Under the pieces are notes generated by a model. It did not search any database and was not told the origin of the DNA. It worked only from the letters and a program-made list of their open reading frames with translations. This document shows positions 28,545 to 38,177 of a stretch of DNA of 46,790 nucleotides, in pieces; position 1 is the first letter of the stretch; each line of letters starts with the position of its first letter. The stretch is from Chitinophagaceae bacterium (GTDB lineage Bacteria > Bacteroidota > Bacteroidia > Chitinophagales > Chitinophagaceae), in NCBI GenBank assembly GCA_025455665.1, contig JALOMC010000001.1, forward strand, positions 1 through 46,790, in the 5' to 3' direction. The position numbers and the translations under genes are program-made.

Positions 28545-30398
28545 ATGAAAAATTCAACTGTTGCATTGCTGGCCTCACCCTGCCTCGCCTTGCTAGGGAT
28601 AGTGCTGGCGCTGGCTCCGCTGCCAGCAGCCGCTCAGTGCGAATGCAGCTTGCTGATGCGTGGACAACCCATAGCAGATACCTTGCAACTGCTGCGCAGC
28701 AGTGAGGCCGTTTGCAAGGCCAAGGCCCACGAGTGGACCGCTGCCGCACTCATAGCCGGCAAGCACTTTGATGATGCACTACTGGCACTTGATAGCGCCG
28801 CTGCCATCTACCAACAGCATGCCTGTAGCGAAGCCCAACTGGAAAAGCTATGGACCCTGTATGCCAGCCTGCATGACGCGACCGCCAACTACAACGCCGC
28901 ACTGGAATGGCACCTGAAATTGCTGAAACTGGCAGAAACCACCGACGATGCCCCCGACAGGGCCACCCACCTGCTCGACATTGCCCAGGTGTTCAACCGG
29001 ATGAAGCAGTCGGACAAAGGCATAGCCTACACCCGGCAGGCAGTGCCCATCATTCGTGGGTTGGCCAATAGCAAAGCCAAAACCGAATTGCTGAATAAAG
29101 CCGGTGCCCGCTACCTTTTTCATGCACAAGACAGCAAAGACATGCTGTACCTGGATACCGCAGAAGTATTTGTAAAAGAAGCGCTGGCTACCGCTATTAC
29201 CATACAAGATGAAACTGCCGAAATCATAGCACTCACCAGGCTTGCCGCCATTTACGAGCGGCAAAAAGATTACGATGGCGCCATTCGTTTTATTGATCAG
29301 GCATTGGGAAAATGCCAACCAGGAAAACACAACCGTCAACTGATTACCTTGTTTGGCGATAAAGGCAATGCCCTGATGAAAAAGGGAAGCTTTAACGAAG
29401 CGAGACGACTGGCCGACTCTTGTCTTCACTACAGCCAGCGAGAGCAGTATGCTCCCCTTATCATGAATGCCTGGGCGCTTATTTATACCATTGAGGAAAA
29501 AGCAGGGCGCTACAAAGAAGCCATGGCTGCACTGAAGATTGCCCAATCGATGAGCGACAGCCTGGCCACCGCCGAACGCACCCGGGTGGTGAATGAGCTG
29601 GAACGCAAATACAACCAACAGAAAAATGAACGAACCATCCAAGAACTCTCGCAGCAGAAAAAGATTTACCTGCTGCTGACTGGCATAGCTATTTTAGGCA
29701 TGGTCAGTATCGGCTTCTTTTTGCGTCAGCAAAGTCTGAAGCACAAACAGGTAATACTGGAAACCGAACAGCGGCTCAACAGGGCCCGTATGAATCCACA
29801 CTTCTTTTTCAATGCCCTCGCCTCGCTACAAAGTATGGCCGTAAAAGAAGGTGATAGCCAAAACCTGGCAGTAAATCTGAGCAAGTTTTCTCATATCATG
29901 CGAGAAACACTGGAGAGCACCTACAAAGAATATGTTACCATCGAGCAGGAGATAGACTTTCTATCGGAATACCTTGAACTACAAAAGATCAGATTCCCGC
30001 AAAAGTTCAGATTTCACATACAATGTGATCCCTCGATTGAAATAGATGAGTTGCTGATTCCCTCCATGATCATTCAGCCTTTTGTAGAAAACTCCATCGA
30101 ACACGGATTTGCCGGCATGCAGCACATGGGCGACCTCTCTATTTGCTTTGCACCGCACCAGCAAGAGCTACGCATTGATATAATAGATAACGGCAAGGGC
30201 CTGACAGATAAACAACAGGTGCATAAAGATCATATCTCCCGGGCCAGTCAAATCATCAAGGATCGTATCTACCTGCTCAATATCAAACTGAAAACGAAAG
30301 CCCGCTTTAGCATCGATCATCGAACTGACCAGCAAGAAGGCGTGGCGGTCACTATCTACCTTCCAATCATTTCTAAGCATGAAACTGCTCATCATTGA
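28545..30398 (+). CDS. TPR-containing LytS-type sensor histidine kinase
   Basis: TPRs, TM helix, RARMNPHFFFNAL, EIDFLSEYLELQKIRF, PSMIIQPFVENSIEHG, DNGKG. Confidence 0.93.
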   Translation: MKNSTVALLASPCLALLGIVLALAPLPAAAQCECSLLMRGQPIADTLQLLRSSEAVCKAKAHEWTAAALIAGKHFDDALLALDSAAAIYQQHACSEAQLEKLWTLYASLHDATANYNAALEWHLKLLKLAETTDDAPDRATHLLDIAQVFNRMKQSDKGIAYTRQAVPIIRGLANSKAKTELLNKAGARYLFHAQDSKDMLYLDTAEVFVKEALATAITIQDETAEIIALTRLAAIYERQKDYDGAIRFIDQALGKCQPGKHNRQLITLFGDKGNALMKKGSFNEARRLADSCLHYSQREQYAPLIMNAWALIYTIEEKAGRYKEAMAALKIAQSMSDSLATAERTRVVNELERKYNQQKNERTIQELSQQKKIYLLLTGIAILGMVSIGFFLRQQSLKHKQVILETEQRLNRARMNPHFFFNALASLQSMAVKEGDSQNLAVNLSKFSHIMRETLESTYKEYVTIEQEIDFLSEYLELQKIRFPQKFRFHIQCDPSIEIDELLIPSMIIQPFVENSIEHGFAGMQHMGDLSICFAPHQQELRIDIIDNGKGLTDKQQVHKDHISRASQIIKDRIYLLNIKLKTKARFSIDHRTDQQEGVAVTIYLPIISKHETAHH

Positions 30399-31122
30399 CA
30401 ACGAAACGCCCATCCGGCAAGGTCTGCAGCTACTGATCAACCAGTGGTGCCCGGCCATTAGCGAAGTATACGAAGCCACCGGCGTAGCCAGCGGGCTTCA
30501 AAGCATACACCAGCTTCAGCCCGACATAGTGCTGCTGGATGTGGAAATGGATGACGGTACCGGCTTCGATCTGGTACGTCAGTTGCGGGACCCACGTTTT
30601 CAGCTCATATTCATTACAGCACACAACCAGTATGCCCTGCAAGCCTTCCGCTGTGCAGCCATCGATTTTTTACTAAAACCCATCAATCCGGTAGAGCTAA
30701 AAGAAGCCGTTGACCGGGCAGAAAAAAACATACGTCAGCATGTACTGACCGAACAACTGCAGGTACTACTGCAGCAACCCACAAAGCGGCTACCAGAAAA
30801 TAAGATTGTACTAAAGGATATCAATAGCACCTACTTTGTAAAGGTGAATGACATCCTGTTTTGCGAAGCAGAAGGCACCTACACCAAATTTCACTTTGTA
30901 AACAGTGCCCCCATTTTGGTAAGTAAAAACTTGAAAGAGTACGAAACCATTCTGGAGCCCATGGGCTTTATAAGAACGCACCACAGCTACCTGGCCAATG
31001 CAAGCCGCATTACGATGTACGATAAAACGGATGGGGGCTCGCTGGTGTTTGAAGGTGGTCTTAGTATCCCTGTATCGCAGCGAAAAAAAGAATATGTGCT
31101 GCAAATGCTGGCCAGCATGTAA
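30379..31122 (+). CDS. LytTR family response regulator
   Basis: IIDNE, LDVEMDDGTGFD, FITAH, DFLLKP, CEAEGTYT, FIRTHHSYL, PVSQRKK. Confidence 0.95.
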   Translation: MKLLIIDNETPIRQGLQLLINQWCPAISEVYEATGVASGLQSIHQLQPDIVLLDVEMDDGTGFDLVRQLRDPRFQLIFITAHNQYALQAFRCAAIDFLLKPINPVELKEAVDRAEKNIRQHVLTEQLQVLLQQPTKRLPENKIVLKDINSTYFVKVNDILFCEAEGTYTKFHFVNSAPILVSKNLKEYETILEPMGFIRTHHSYLANASRITMYDKTDGGSLVFEGGLSIPVSQRKKEYVLQMLASM

Positions 31123-31150
31123 AAAAGCAGACGCCAAGAATGGCGTCCGC
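31121..31150 (-). terminator. Hairpin terminator between convergent genes
   Basis: AAAAAA-GC-A-GACGCCA-AGAA-TGGCGTC-C-GC; U-tract on the minus strand. Confidence 0.6.
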
Positions 31151-31154
31151 GTAT

Positions 31155-31640
31155 CTATTGCTTGGGTATCGTACTATGAAATCGAATATCCGACGGATTA
31201 GCCGGGTCAAATGCGACCATGATCTTATCGCCAGGCTGTACAGTAACAAATACTTCGCCCGGTACCAGGATGGTGCCTTTCCTATAATCGCCCAGCGGCG
31301 CCGATTGCTGCATGCTGGCGCTGATCTCATCAAGCTTTTTAAATAGCGCTTCCTTCGGAGTTACTGCGCTGCCAGTATCCGTCAATTGAGCATTTATTTT
31401 GGCTGTATCGCCGCTAAACAAAGCCACCGTCAGATAGTATTGCTTTGACTTGTTTCGCCGGCTACCACTACCTGTTCGCTCTTCTTTTCCGATTACACAG
31501 GCAACCTGCCGGGTAGCTTTTGCAAAAAATGCTTGCTGCTCGTGCATGCCCATGTATACAAGCGCACCAATGCCACTCAGCACCAGTAAGATAAGTGCAA
31601 ACGCCAACAAGCGCATACGAACGATTCGAGTAATGGGCAT
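31155..31640 (-). CDS. Hypothetical membrane-anchored protein (DUF3592-like architecture)
   Basis: N-terminal TM helix, then ...VIGKEERTGSG...YYLTV...PGDKIMVAFDPANP. Confidence 0.65.
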   Translation of the reverse strand: MPITRIVRMRLLAFALILLVLSGIGALVYMGMHEQQAFFAKATRQVACVIGKEERTGSGSRRNKSKQYYLTVALFSGDTAKINAQLTDTGSAVTPKEALFKKLDEISASMQQSAPLGDYRKGTILVPGEVFVTVQPGDKIMVAFDPANPSDIRFHSTIPKQ

Positions 31641-31671
31641 CTCCTTTTACTTGATAAAGTTTCCAACGACG

Positions 31672-32157
31672 TTATAAAATAGTCAGCTTTACCTCAACCG
31701 TTTGAGCTGACGCTAGTTTAGGCAGCAACAAATGCCACGTCACATTTGGTGCCTGCATACCAAGGTGCTGCTGTAGCTTCACCTGCACCTCATAGCAGTT
31801 TTTGGGGCAGTGGTAGTAAAGCTGGTAGCTGATGGCCTGCAGCCCCTGCTGCAACTGTCGTTTACCAATCAGCAAGCAGTACTTATCAAAATCGATCACA
31901 GGTGTACACGAGCCCTTGACAAGTAGCTGATAGTCGGCCGCATTGGTAATGAGCAGAAAACTATCGCGTATGGCCACCTGCATTTGATATGCCGTATTGG
32001 TACAGCCATACACCTGCTCAGTATTTTGCGGCTTCAGCGTATCAACACCGCAAAACGAACTTAGCCGCTGATCGTCTTTGCCAGCAGGCTGTTCAGGCAG
32101 CAGTTGCTTTTGGCATGCCAGCAATACAAGCACGCAAAACAGTGAGGTGACTTTCAT
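31672..32157 (-). CDS. Hypothetical lipoprotein
   Basis: MKVTSLFCVLVLLAC-QK lipobox; PVIDFDKYCLLIG motif. Confidence 0.75.
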   Translation of the reverse strand: MKVTSLFCVLVLLACQKQLLPEQPAGKDDQRLSSFCGVDTLKPQNTEQVYGCTNTAYQMQVAIRDSFLLITNAADYQLLVKGSCTPVIDFDKYCLLIGKRQLQQGLQAISYQLYYHCPKNCYEVQVKLQQHLGMQAPNVTWHLLLPKLASAQTVEVKLTIL

Positions 32158-32191
32158 GGCGTACCAGACTTGAAGCATTGGTTACAGTAGA

Positions 32192-33442
32192 TTACTGGAG
32201 GTTTTCACAAGGCAGCTCCTGCAACGGCGAAGGCAGGATGAGTCGTGGAGCACCGTAAGTGCCACCCCCTTCGTAATCCTGGCGGACCCAACCAACCGCA
32301 ATACCACACTTTCCATCAGCCAGCTTAATGGCCAGATTCACATACACCTCCTTGTGCAGTGGAATATCCAGTACATTTTTCTCAAGCCGCCATGTTGATA
32401 CAATGTGCACTTTAGTAACCGTATAGGCCTGTTTGCTCATTTTCATCAGCTCATAATCCGCTTTGGCCACCTTTTCAATAGTTGCGTCGCTCATCATTGG
32501 CTTGCCCATCCGCAGTTTTTTTACATACTCTTTCAGGTTATCGGCCATCTTTTTCATGAAAGCCTCAGGGCTTCCATACTTGGTCAACGCTTCGTTGATC
32601 TTCTGCAGGTTTTCATCCAAAGCAGGCTCGTTGGTATACACACGCCTTGCATTTTCCAGGTAGGTTTTACAAATCACCAGGTTTTGATAGGCGGCTACAC
32701 TCGCTTTGCTACGATAGTTTTGATATACATCAGCTGCAGACTTTATAAAACCTTCTGCCGCCTTTGCCCGGTCGGCTACTGCAGGCTGCTTGCTCATGTA
32801 CATAGCAGGCTCGGGCTTAGATGCAATAAACTCATCTACCCGTCGGGTGTACTCCAGCAGCAAATCATTGCTTGCTTTCATTGCCTGCAAAATAGCTGCC
32901 TCATCGTTTACATCCTCGCCGCCTCCATTCATGGCCGCCTTTGTATATATATAAGGTGCCGAAAACAATTCAATGGTGGCAGCTAAAGTTTCGTTGCGCT
33001 GTTGGCGTAAATTTTCTTTACCACCGGCGAGGCTGTTATAAACCTGCTGGCACTCCTGCAATGCCTTCTCCATGGCCGCGGTATTATAGTTCGCATCTTT
33101 GGTCTTTGTATTCTTCAATGCCATCTGGGCATTTTGGATACCACTACTGTATACTACTTGCTTATTATTCTCATCAGTATGGTTGCGCATTTTTTCGATG
33201 TGCTTCCAAAAAAGGTTGATTTGTCCCTTTGCTACACTGGATGTTTCCTCGGGTGGAATGGCCACTGCTGAATTTCCCGAAGCCGCTTCCCCATTGCCCG
33301 CCTTGCTTTGACCGGCATCGCCTTTGGTTACCTGTTCCACTGCTTTGCCTGCCTTTTTTTCCAGCTCCTTACGACCCGGAATCTTTAACTGCGCCAAGGC
33401 AGGTATTGGCAGTAACAGGAGTGCTACATATAGATGCTTCAT
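32192..33442 (-). CDS. Hypothetical secreted, largely helical protein
   Basis: MKHLYVALLLLPIPALAQ signal peptide; C-terminal W...KN.L.IP....QDYEGGG.YG beta-domain. Confidence 0.8.
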   Translation of the reverse strand: MKHLYVALLLLPIPALAQLKIPGRKELEKKAGKAVEQVTKGDAGQSKAGNGEAASGNSAVAIPPEETSSVAKGQINLFWKHIEKMRNHTDENNKQVVYSSGIQNAQMALKNTKTKDANYNTAAMEKALQECQQVYNSLAGGKENLRQQRNETLAATIELFSAPYIYTKAAMNGGGEDVNDEAAILQAMKASNDLLLEYTRRVDEFIASKPEPAMYMSKQPAVADRAKAAEGFIKSAADVYQNYRSKASVAAYQNLVICKTYLENARRVYTNEPALDENLQKINEALTKYGSPEAFMKKMADNLKEYVKKLRMGKPMMSDATIEKVAKADYELMKMSKQAYTVTKVHIVSTWRLEKNVLDIPLHKEVYVNLAIKLADGKCGIAVGWVRQDYEGGGTYGAPRLILPSPLQELPCENLQ

Positions 33443-33689
33443 ACGCAAAAGGATGATAGTGGAAACGAAAGGTAGCAGGACTATTGGCCGGCAAAAGGCC
33501 GGATAAACAAGTGCTAAAAACGCATTAACAGCCGCCGTAGCAGGCAGTTGCTATTTGTATACCGCATGGCGCAGTCAGTTATCAATTGGGTGCCACAAAC
33601 TATTAGATGGGCTATTGCGGCTATGCAAGTACAGAAGTGGGGCCATGGGGCTGGTATAGATTGCTGGCCGCAACCAATCTCGTATTCTT

Positions 33690-36410
33690 ATGCCTCGGTA
33701 TCTTACTTCATTCCGCTTTGCCTGCCTGCTTACCCTCATGACCACCGGCTGCACAATGGCCAGCCTGGCACAAGCCGGCAGTTCATGGGCACCCTTTGGT
33801 ACAGCCGGCTTCAGCACCGGTGTAGCCGACTATACCAGTATTACTGTCAGCCGGCAAGACAGCAGCATTTACGTTGCCTTTAAAGACATTGCCAACGGCA
33901 ATAAAGTAACTGTGATGCGCAGCAGCAATGGAGGTGCATGGACAGTTATTGGCAATGCCGGATTTAGTGCAGGCGCTGTAGACCATGTAAGTATAGCAGT
34001 GCACAACAGCAGGCCCATGGTGGCCTTTAAAGACTATAGCAATGGCGGGCGCCTTAGCATCATGCGGTGGAATGGCACGGCATGGGCTTATGTGGGCAAC
34101 CCCGGCGCACAAAGTAGTGGCGAGGTAAATGCGGTAAGCCTGTGTGCAGCGGGTGCACGGGATCGCTTTATGGTAGCGTACACCGATGAAGCAGATGGCA
34201 ACAAGGTGTATGTAAGGCTGAAAGAAGAGGGTAGTAACGGAGCTTTTGCTCCACTAGGACCCGCACAGGCCAGCAGTGGTGCCGCCAGTTTTGTAAAGAT
34301 TGTAGCGAATGATATACTCGGCTATGGTTACCTCATGTTTACCGATTCGGCCAATGCCGCAAAAGCCACGGTGCGCACCTTTGAATCCTTCAACTGGGTG
34401 ACGGTAGGAACAGCCGGTTTTACAGCCGGTACAGCTACACATAACGATATAGCAGTAACACACGATGGCCACCCGATAGCAGTGTACCGGGACGGAAGTA
34501 CATCGAACCGAGCAAGTGTAAGCCGCTGGAACGGCACCAATTGGGCGCTTGTGGGCAGTGCCGGCCTGTCTGCTGGTACGGCAGAGTTCAATAGCATATT
34601 GATAGATGAAACAGGACAGCCTATTGTGGCATATAAAGATGGCACCAACAATGGCCGGGCCAGTGCCAGAAGATTTAATGGAACAAGTTGGTCCAATTAT
34701 GGTACTGCTGGCTTCACGAGCGGCTCAGCCGAATTTATTGAACTGGCTGGCAGTGGCAGCTACGGCCCCTTCATGGTTTGCAAAGACGCTGGCCTGTCTG
34801 GCAAAATTGTAGTGGAAGCTTTCAGCTGTACCAATCCCACGGCTCCTGTTATATCGCCCACCAGCGGCACATTTTGCGGAGGCGAAGGCATTTTGCTTAG
34901 TACAAGCGGACAGGCCAATACACAAATGCGATGGTACCGGCAACTGACAGCTGCTACCATAGATAGTGTGGGCAACTCAAGAGTGATATCGCCACAGGGA
35001 CCCGTACAGCGGGTGGCTATTGCTTTTGACAAAGCCGGCACACTGTACTGCGCCTACACCTTTCAAAACGATGCCTATGTAGTAAGGAGGGTAGCAGGTG
35101 CCTGGCAACAGATAGGCGGCGTGGCTTTGAGCAGTGTCGATGAAATAGACCTGGCCATCCATCCTGTTACCAATGAAGCCTACATCATTGCCGAAACAAC
35201 TACGGGTAGCCGTCCCATCGTGGTACGGCGCTTCAACGGAACCAGTTGGGTTACCTTACAGGCCCCCGATGCAGGCCCTACATCGTATGTTGACATTGCC
35301 TTTGCCGGCGGTGGCACCTTGTACGCATCCTACCAGCGAAACGTGGGTGGCAATGTCCGCGTTGGGTTAATGCGCTATGAAGGTCCATTGTGGTATGCAC
35401 ACTACCAATCATCTGCACCGGGTGCTGCCCCCGATGCCAATTTTGGCTCCATCGCCATCAGCTCAAGCGGCATTCCTATGGTAGCCAGCAGCGGCCCCAC
35501 ACTATCGTTTCATACCCTTAATCGCACCATCGTCAATACGGCTGAATGGCTTTTCAAAACTGCTGTCAACACGCCCACCAACTTTTGCCGGCTGGCACTG
35601 GGCCGCGGCGATGAGGCATTTATTGCATATCGGCAAACCAGCAACAACCAATTGTACTTGGTGCGGCGTAGTGGCAATGCCCAGGATACTTCAGGAGTAT
35701 TTCACCCATTGGGGGGGAGCGTGTCCAACGGTGCCGTGTCGCGTTTTGATATGGCCATCGATCAGGATGGAACACCGTATGTTATCTATGCCGACTCTTC
35801 GCTTGGCAATAAGCTACAGTTGAAAAAATGGAATGGCAGCAATTGGGTAACCGCGGGTGGTGCCAGCTTTTCGGTAGGCTCTGCCATTGATCCGCACCTG
35901 GCATTCGATGCAAACAATACCACTCATGCGCTTTATGTAGACAATGGGCTGCAAGGCAGTGCTACACTGGTGCTACCAGACCGTTTGTTTGTGCAAGCGG
36001 CAAACTCATACAATGCTAACAGAGGAGGGAGTTATCAGATAAGTGCTACTGCTGGCTGTGCTACCAATGTGCTTTCGAATACCGTAGCGCTGACACAAAC
36101 TGATGCCTATAATAGCTGGATAGGCGGCGTAAATGGTGCATGGGCTACCGCCGGCAACTGGAGTTGTGGCCGCGTACCTACGGCAAATGATTTGGTGCGT
36201 ATACCAGCCACGCCGGGCGCTATCTATCCCTTTGCACAAGGCTCTACTACGGCCTTTGTATGCGCCGGCCTCATGATGGAGCCGGGCGCAAGGCTCGATG
36301 TAAACGGCGATGCTGTGTTGCGCATTTTTGGCACACTCGACCTACGGGGTAATGCCCGCATTAATACCGTTGGTACCGTTCGGGTATTGGTACCGGGTGG
36401 CATCAACTAA
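33690..36410 (+). CDS. Secreted protein with two sets of seven ~48-aa repeats (two predicted beta-propellers), an Ig-like domain and a W.G....W..A.NWS...VP C-terminal domain
   Basis: Repeat consensus W..VG.AGFS.G.A....IA....G.P.VAY.D..N..KA.V.RFNGT; NSWIGGVNGAWATAGNWSCGRVP near the C-terminus. Confidence 0.85.
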   Translation: MPRYLTSFRFACLLTLMTTGCTMASLAQAGSSWAPFGTAGFSTGVADYTSITVSRQDSSIYVAFKDIANGNKVTVMRSSNGGAWTVIGNAGFSAGAVDHVSIAVHNSRPMVAFKDYSNGGRLSIMRWNGTAWAYVGNPGAQSSGEVNAVSLCAAGARDRFMVAYTDEADGNKVYVRLKEEGSNGAFAPLGPAQASSGAASFVKIVANDILGYGYLMFTDSANAAKATVRTFESFNWVTVGTAGFTAGTATHNDIAVTHDGHPIAVYRDGSTSNRASVSRWNGTNWALVGSAGLSAGTAEFNSILIDETGQPIVAYKDGTNNGRASARRFNGTSWSNYGTAGFTSGSAEFIELAGSGSYGPFMVCKDAGLSGKIVVEAFSCTNPTAPVISPTSGTFCGGEGILLSTSGQANTQMRWYRQLTAATIDSVGNSRVISPQGPVQRVAIAFDKAGTLYCAYTFQNDAYVVRRVAGAWQQIGGVALSSVDEIDLAIHPVTNEAYIIAETTTGSRPIVVRRFNGTSWVTLQAPDAGPTSYVDIAFAGGGTLYASYQRNVGGNVRVGLMRYEGPLWYAHYQSSAPGAAPDANFGSIAISSSGIPMVASSGPTLSFHTLNRTIVNTAEWLFKTAVNTPTNFCRLALGRGDEAFIAYRQTSNNQLYLVRRSGNAQDTSGVFHPLGGSVSNGAVSRFDMAIDQDGTPYVIYADSSLGNKLQLKKWNGSNWVTAGGASFSVGSAIDPHLAFDANNTTHALYVDNGLQGSATLVLPDRLFVQAANSYNANRGGSYQISATAGCATNVLSNTVALTQTDAYNSWIGGVNGAWATAGNWSCGRVPTANDLVRIPATPGAIYPFAQGSTTAFVCAGLMMEPGARLDVNGDAVLRIFGTLDLRGNARINTVGTVRVLVPGGIN

Positions 36411-36446
36411 GTACGGTTTACAAGCATACCGGCAACACATACACAC

Positions 36447-36477
36447 CCCCGGCAATTCATTTGCCGGGGCTTTTTTT
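36447..36477 (+). terminator. Intrinsic terminator
   Basis: CCCCGGCAA-TTCAT-TTGCCGGGG-C-TTTTTTT. Confidence 0.85.
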
Positions 36478-36554
36478 ATGATGCAATGCCTGTCTAATGT
36501 CACACCCCACGAAGCAGGCTGGTCGTAACTTGCTGCACGCTCAATTTCGATTTC

Positions 36555-38120
36555 ATGTCCACAGCACACATCAGCCGTCGGCAACGCTTTTATTTGCTAT
36601 CCTTTTTTCGTCACGATTTCAAAGCAAGTGTCACTGTCTTTTTTGTGGCCTTGCCATTGTGCCTGGGCATTGCCATGGCCTCGGGCACATCGGCCTATGC
36701 CGGCCTTATAGCCGGTATTATTGGTGGCCTCGTGGTTGGTTTTCTTAGCAAATCAGAGTTGAGTGTAAGTGGCCCGGCGGCCGGATTAACCGCTATTTGC
36801 ACGGCAGCCATCGGGGCGATGGGTAGTGTGGAGCTATTGTTTATCAGTGTTGCTATTGCTGGTGTGCTTCAGCTGCTACTCGGCTTATTCCGGTTAGGCG
36901 GATTTACACACTTCATTCCGTCGGCGGTTATCAAAGGCATGCTCAGTGCTATTGGGATACTGCTTATTTCCAAACAGGTACCACTACTACTCGGGTATGA
37001 TAAACCTGATTTTTGGACCGATCAACTTTTTAATCTGTTCACGTTTGACCATGGCTTTAGCAGCATCCGCTCATTTTATGATGCCCTGTCGCCATCAGCG
37101 CTTTTCATTGCAGCCCTGGCAGCCGTAGTGATGTGGCTGTGGGAGCAAAAAGCAGGCAAGCGGCTGGGGTTTTTACCGGCCACTATTGTAGTAGTGCTGG
37201 CAGGTAGCCTGGCTGCAGCAGCATTGCCGCTTTGTTGCCCTGCGTGGCAGCTATCGGCCAGCCAGTATGTAGTACTGCCGGCCAAAATGTGGCAGCAAAT
37301 CAGCTGGCCCCAATGGCATGAGATTACCGACAACACACTGGTATGGCGCTATGCGGTGGTTATCTGTTTTGTAGCATCGCTCGAAACCCTGCTGAGTATT
37401 GAAGCCATTGACAAACTGGACCCTTACAACCGGCTGACGCCACAAAACCGCGAATTAATGGCACAAGGAACCGGCAACATACTCAGCGGCTTGTTGGGTG
37501 GTCTGCCCATTACAGCGGTCATTGTGCGTAGTGCTGCCAATGCCGAGGCAGGTGCCCGTACCCGGATGTCAGCCATTACCCACGCTATATGGCTGCTGCT
37601 GGCAGTTGCCGTAGCCGTTCCTCTTATTAATCGCATTCCTTATTGTGTGCTGGCAGTCATTCTTACCCGTACCGGATACAACCTGGTAAAACCTGCGATG
37701 GTAAAAGCCGTATTCAGGCAGGGCCGCGAACAATTCATGCCTTTTCTTTTCACCGTGGGTGCTATCCTCCTCACCGACTTACTGATTGGTGTAGTCATCG
37801 GTATCGTGTATTCGCTGTACTTCATCGTGAAGCATACCTATCGGGCAGGCTTCACCTTAGTGCACCAGCACCATGCCGGCACCGATCAATACCACATTCA
37901 GCTGGCGCAAAATGTAAGCTTTATGAACAAGCGCCGGCTAAAAGAAACGTTGGATGAAATACCAATGTATAGTGTGGTGCATATCAGCGGCACAGATTGC
38001 GTGTATATCGATCACGATATCCTTGAGATTATTCATGATTTCGGGAAAAAAGCAGTGAAAAAGCACATTGGACTGACGCTTGAAAATGTACCTGCCGTTG
38101 AAAGCATCAGCCTGCACTAG
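36555..38120 (+). CDS. SulP/SLC26 family anion transporter
   Basis: VALPLCLGIAMASG, VSGPAAGL, ASLETLLS, NRELMAQG.GN, GGLPITAVIVRS; short STAS-like C-terminus. Confidence 0.94.
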   Translation: MSTAHISRRQRFYLLSFFRHDFKASVTVFFVALPLCLGIAMASGTSAYAGLIAGIIGGLVVGFLSKSELSVSGPAAGLTAICTAAIGAMGSVELLFISVAIAGVLQLLLGLFRLGGFTHFIPSAVIKGMLSAIGILLISKQVPLLLGYDKPDFWTDQLFNLFTFDHGFSSIRSFYDALSPSALFIAALAAVVMWLWEQKAGKRLGFLPATIVVVLAGSLAAAALPLCCPAWQLSASQYVVLPAKMWQQISWPQWHEITDNTLVWRYAVVICFVASLETLLSIEAIDKLDPYNRLTPQNRELMAQGTGNILSGLLGGLPITAVIVRSAANAEAGARTRMSAITHAIWLLLAVAVAVPLINRIPYCVLAVILTRTGYNLVKPAMVKAVFRQGREQFMPFLFTVGAILLTDLLIGVVIGIVYSLYFIVKHTYRAGFTLVHQHHAGTDQYHIQLAQNVSFMNKRRLKETLDEIPMYSVVHISGTDCVYIDHDILEIIHDFGKKAVKKHIGLTLENVPAVESISLH

Positions 38121-38177
38121 CGAGCTACGGTTGGCTCAAAATGTAAAAAGCAGTAAGTTCACTGCAAATGAATACTC

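Noticed and set aside
28500-33500. Possible genomic island (looks somewhat more AT-rich)
   Set aside because: No integrase, tRNA, flanking repeats or transposase; composition was not quantified.
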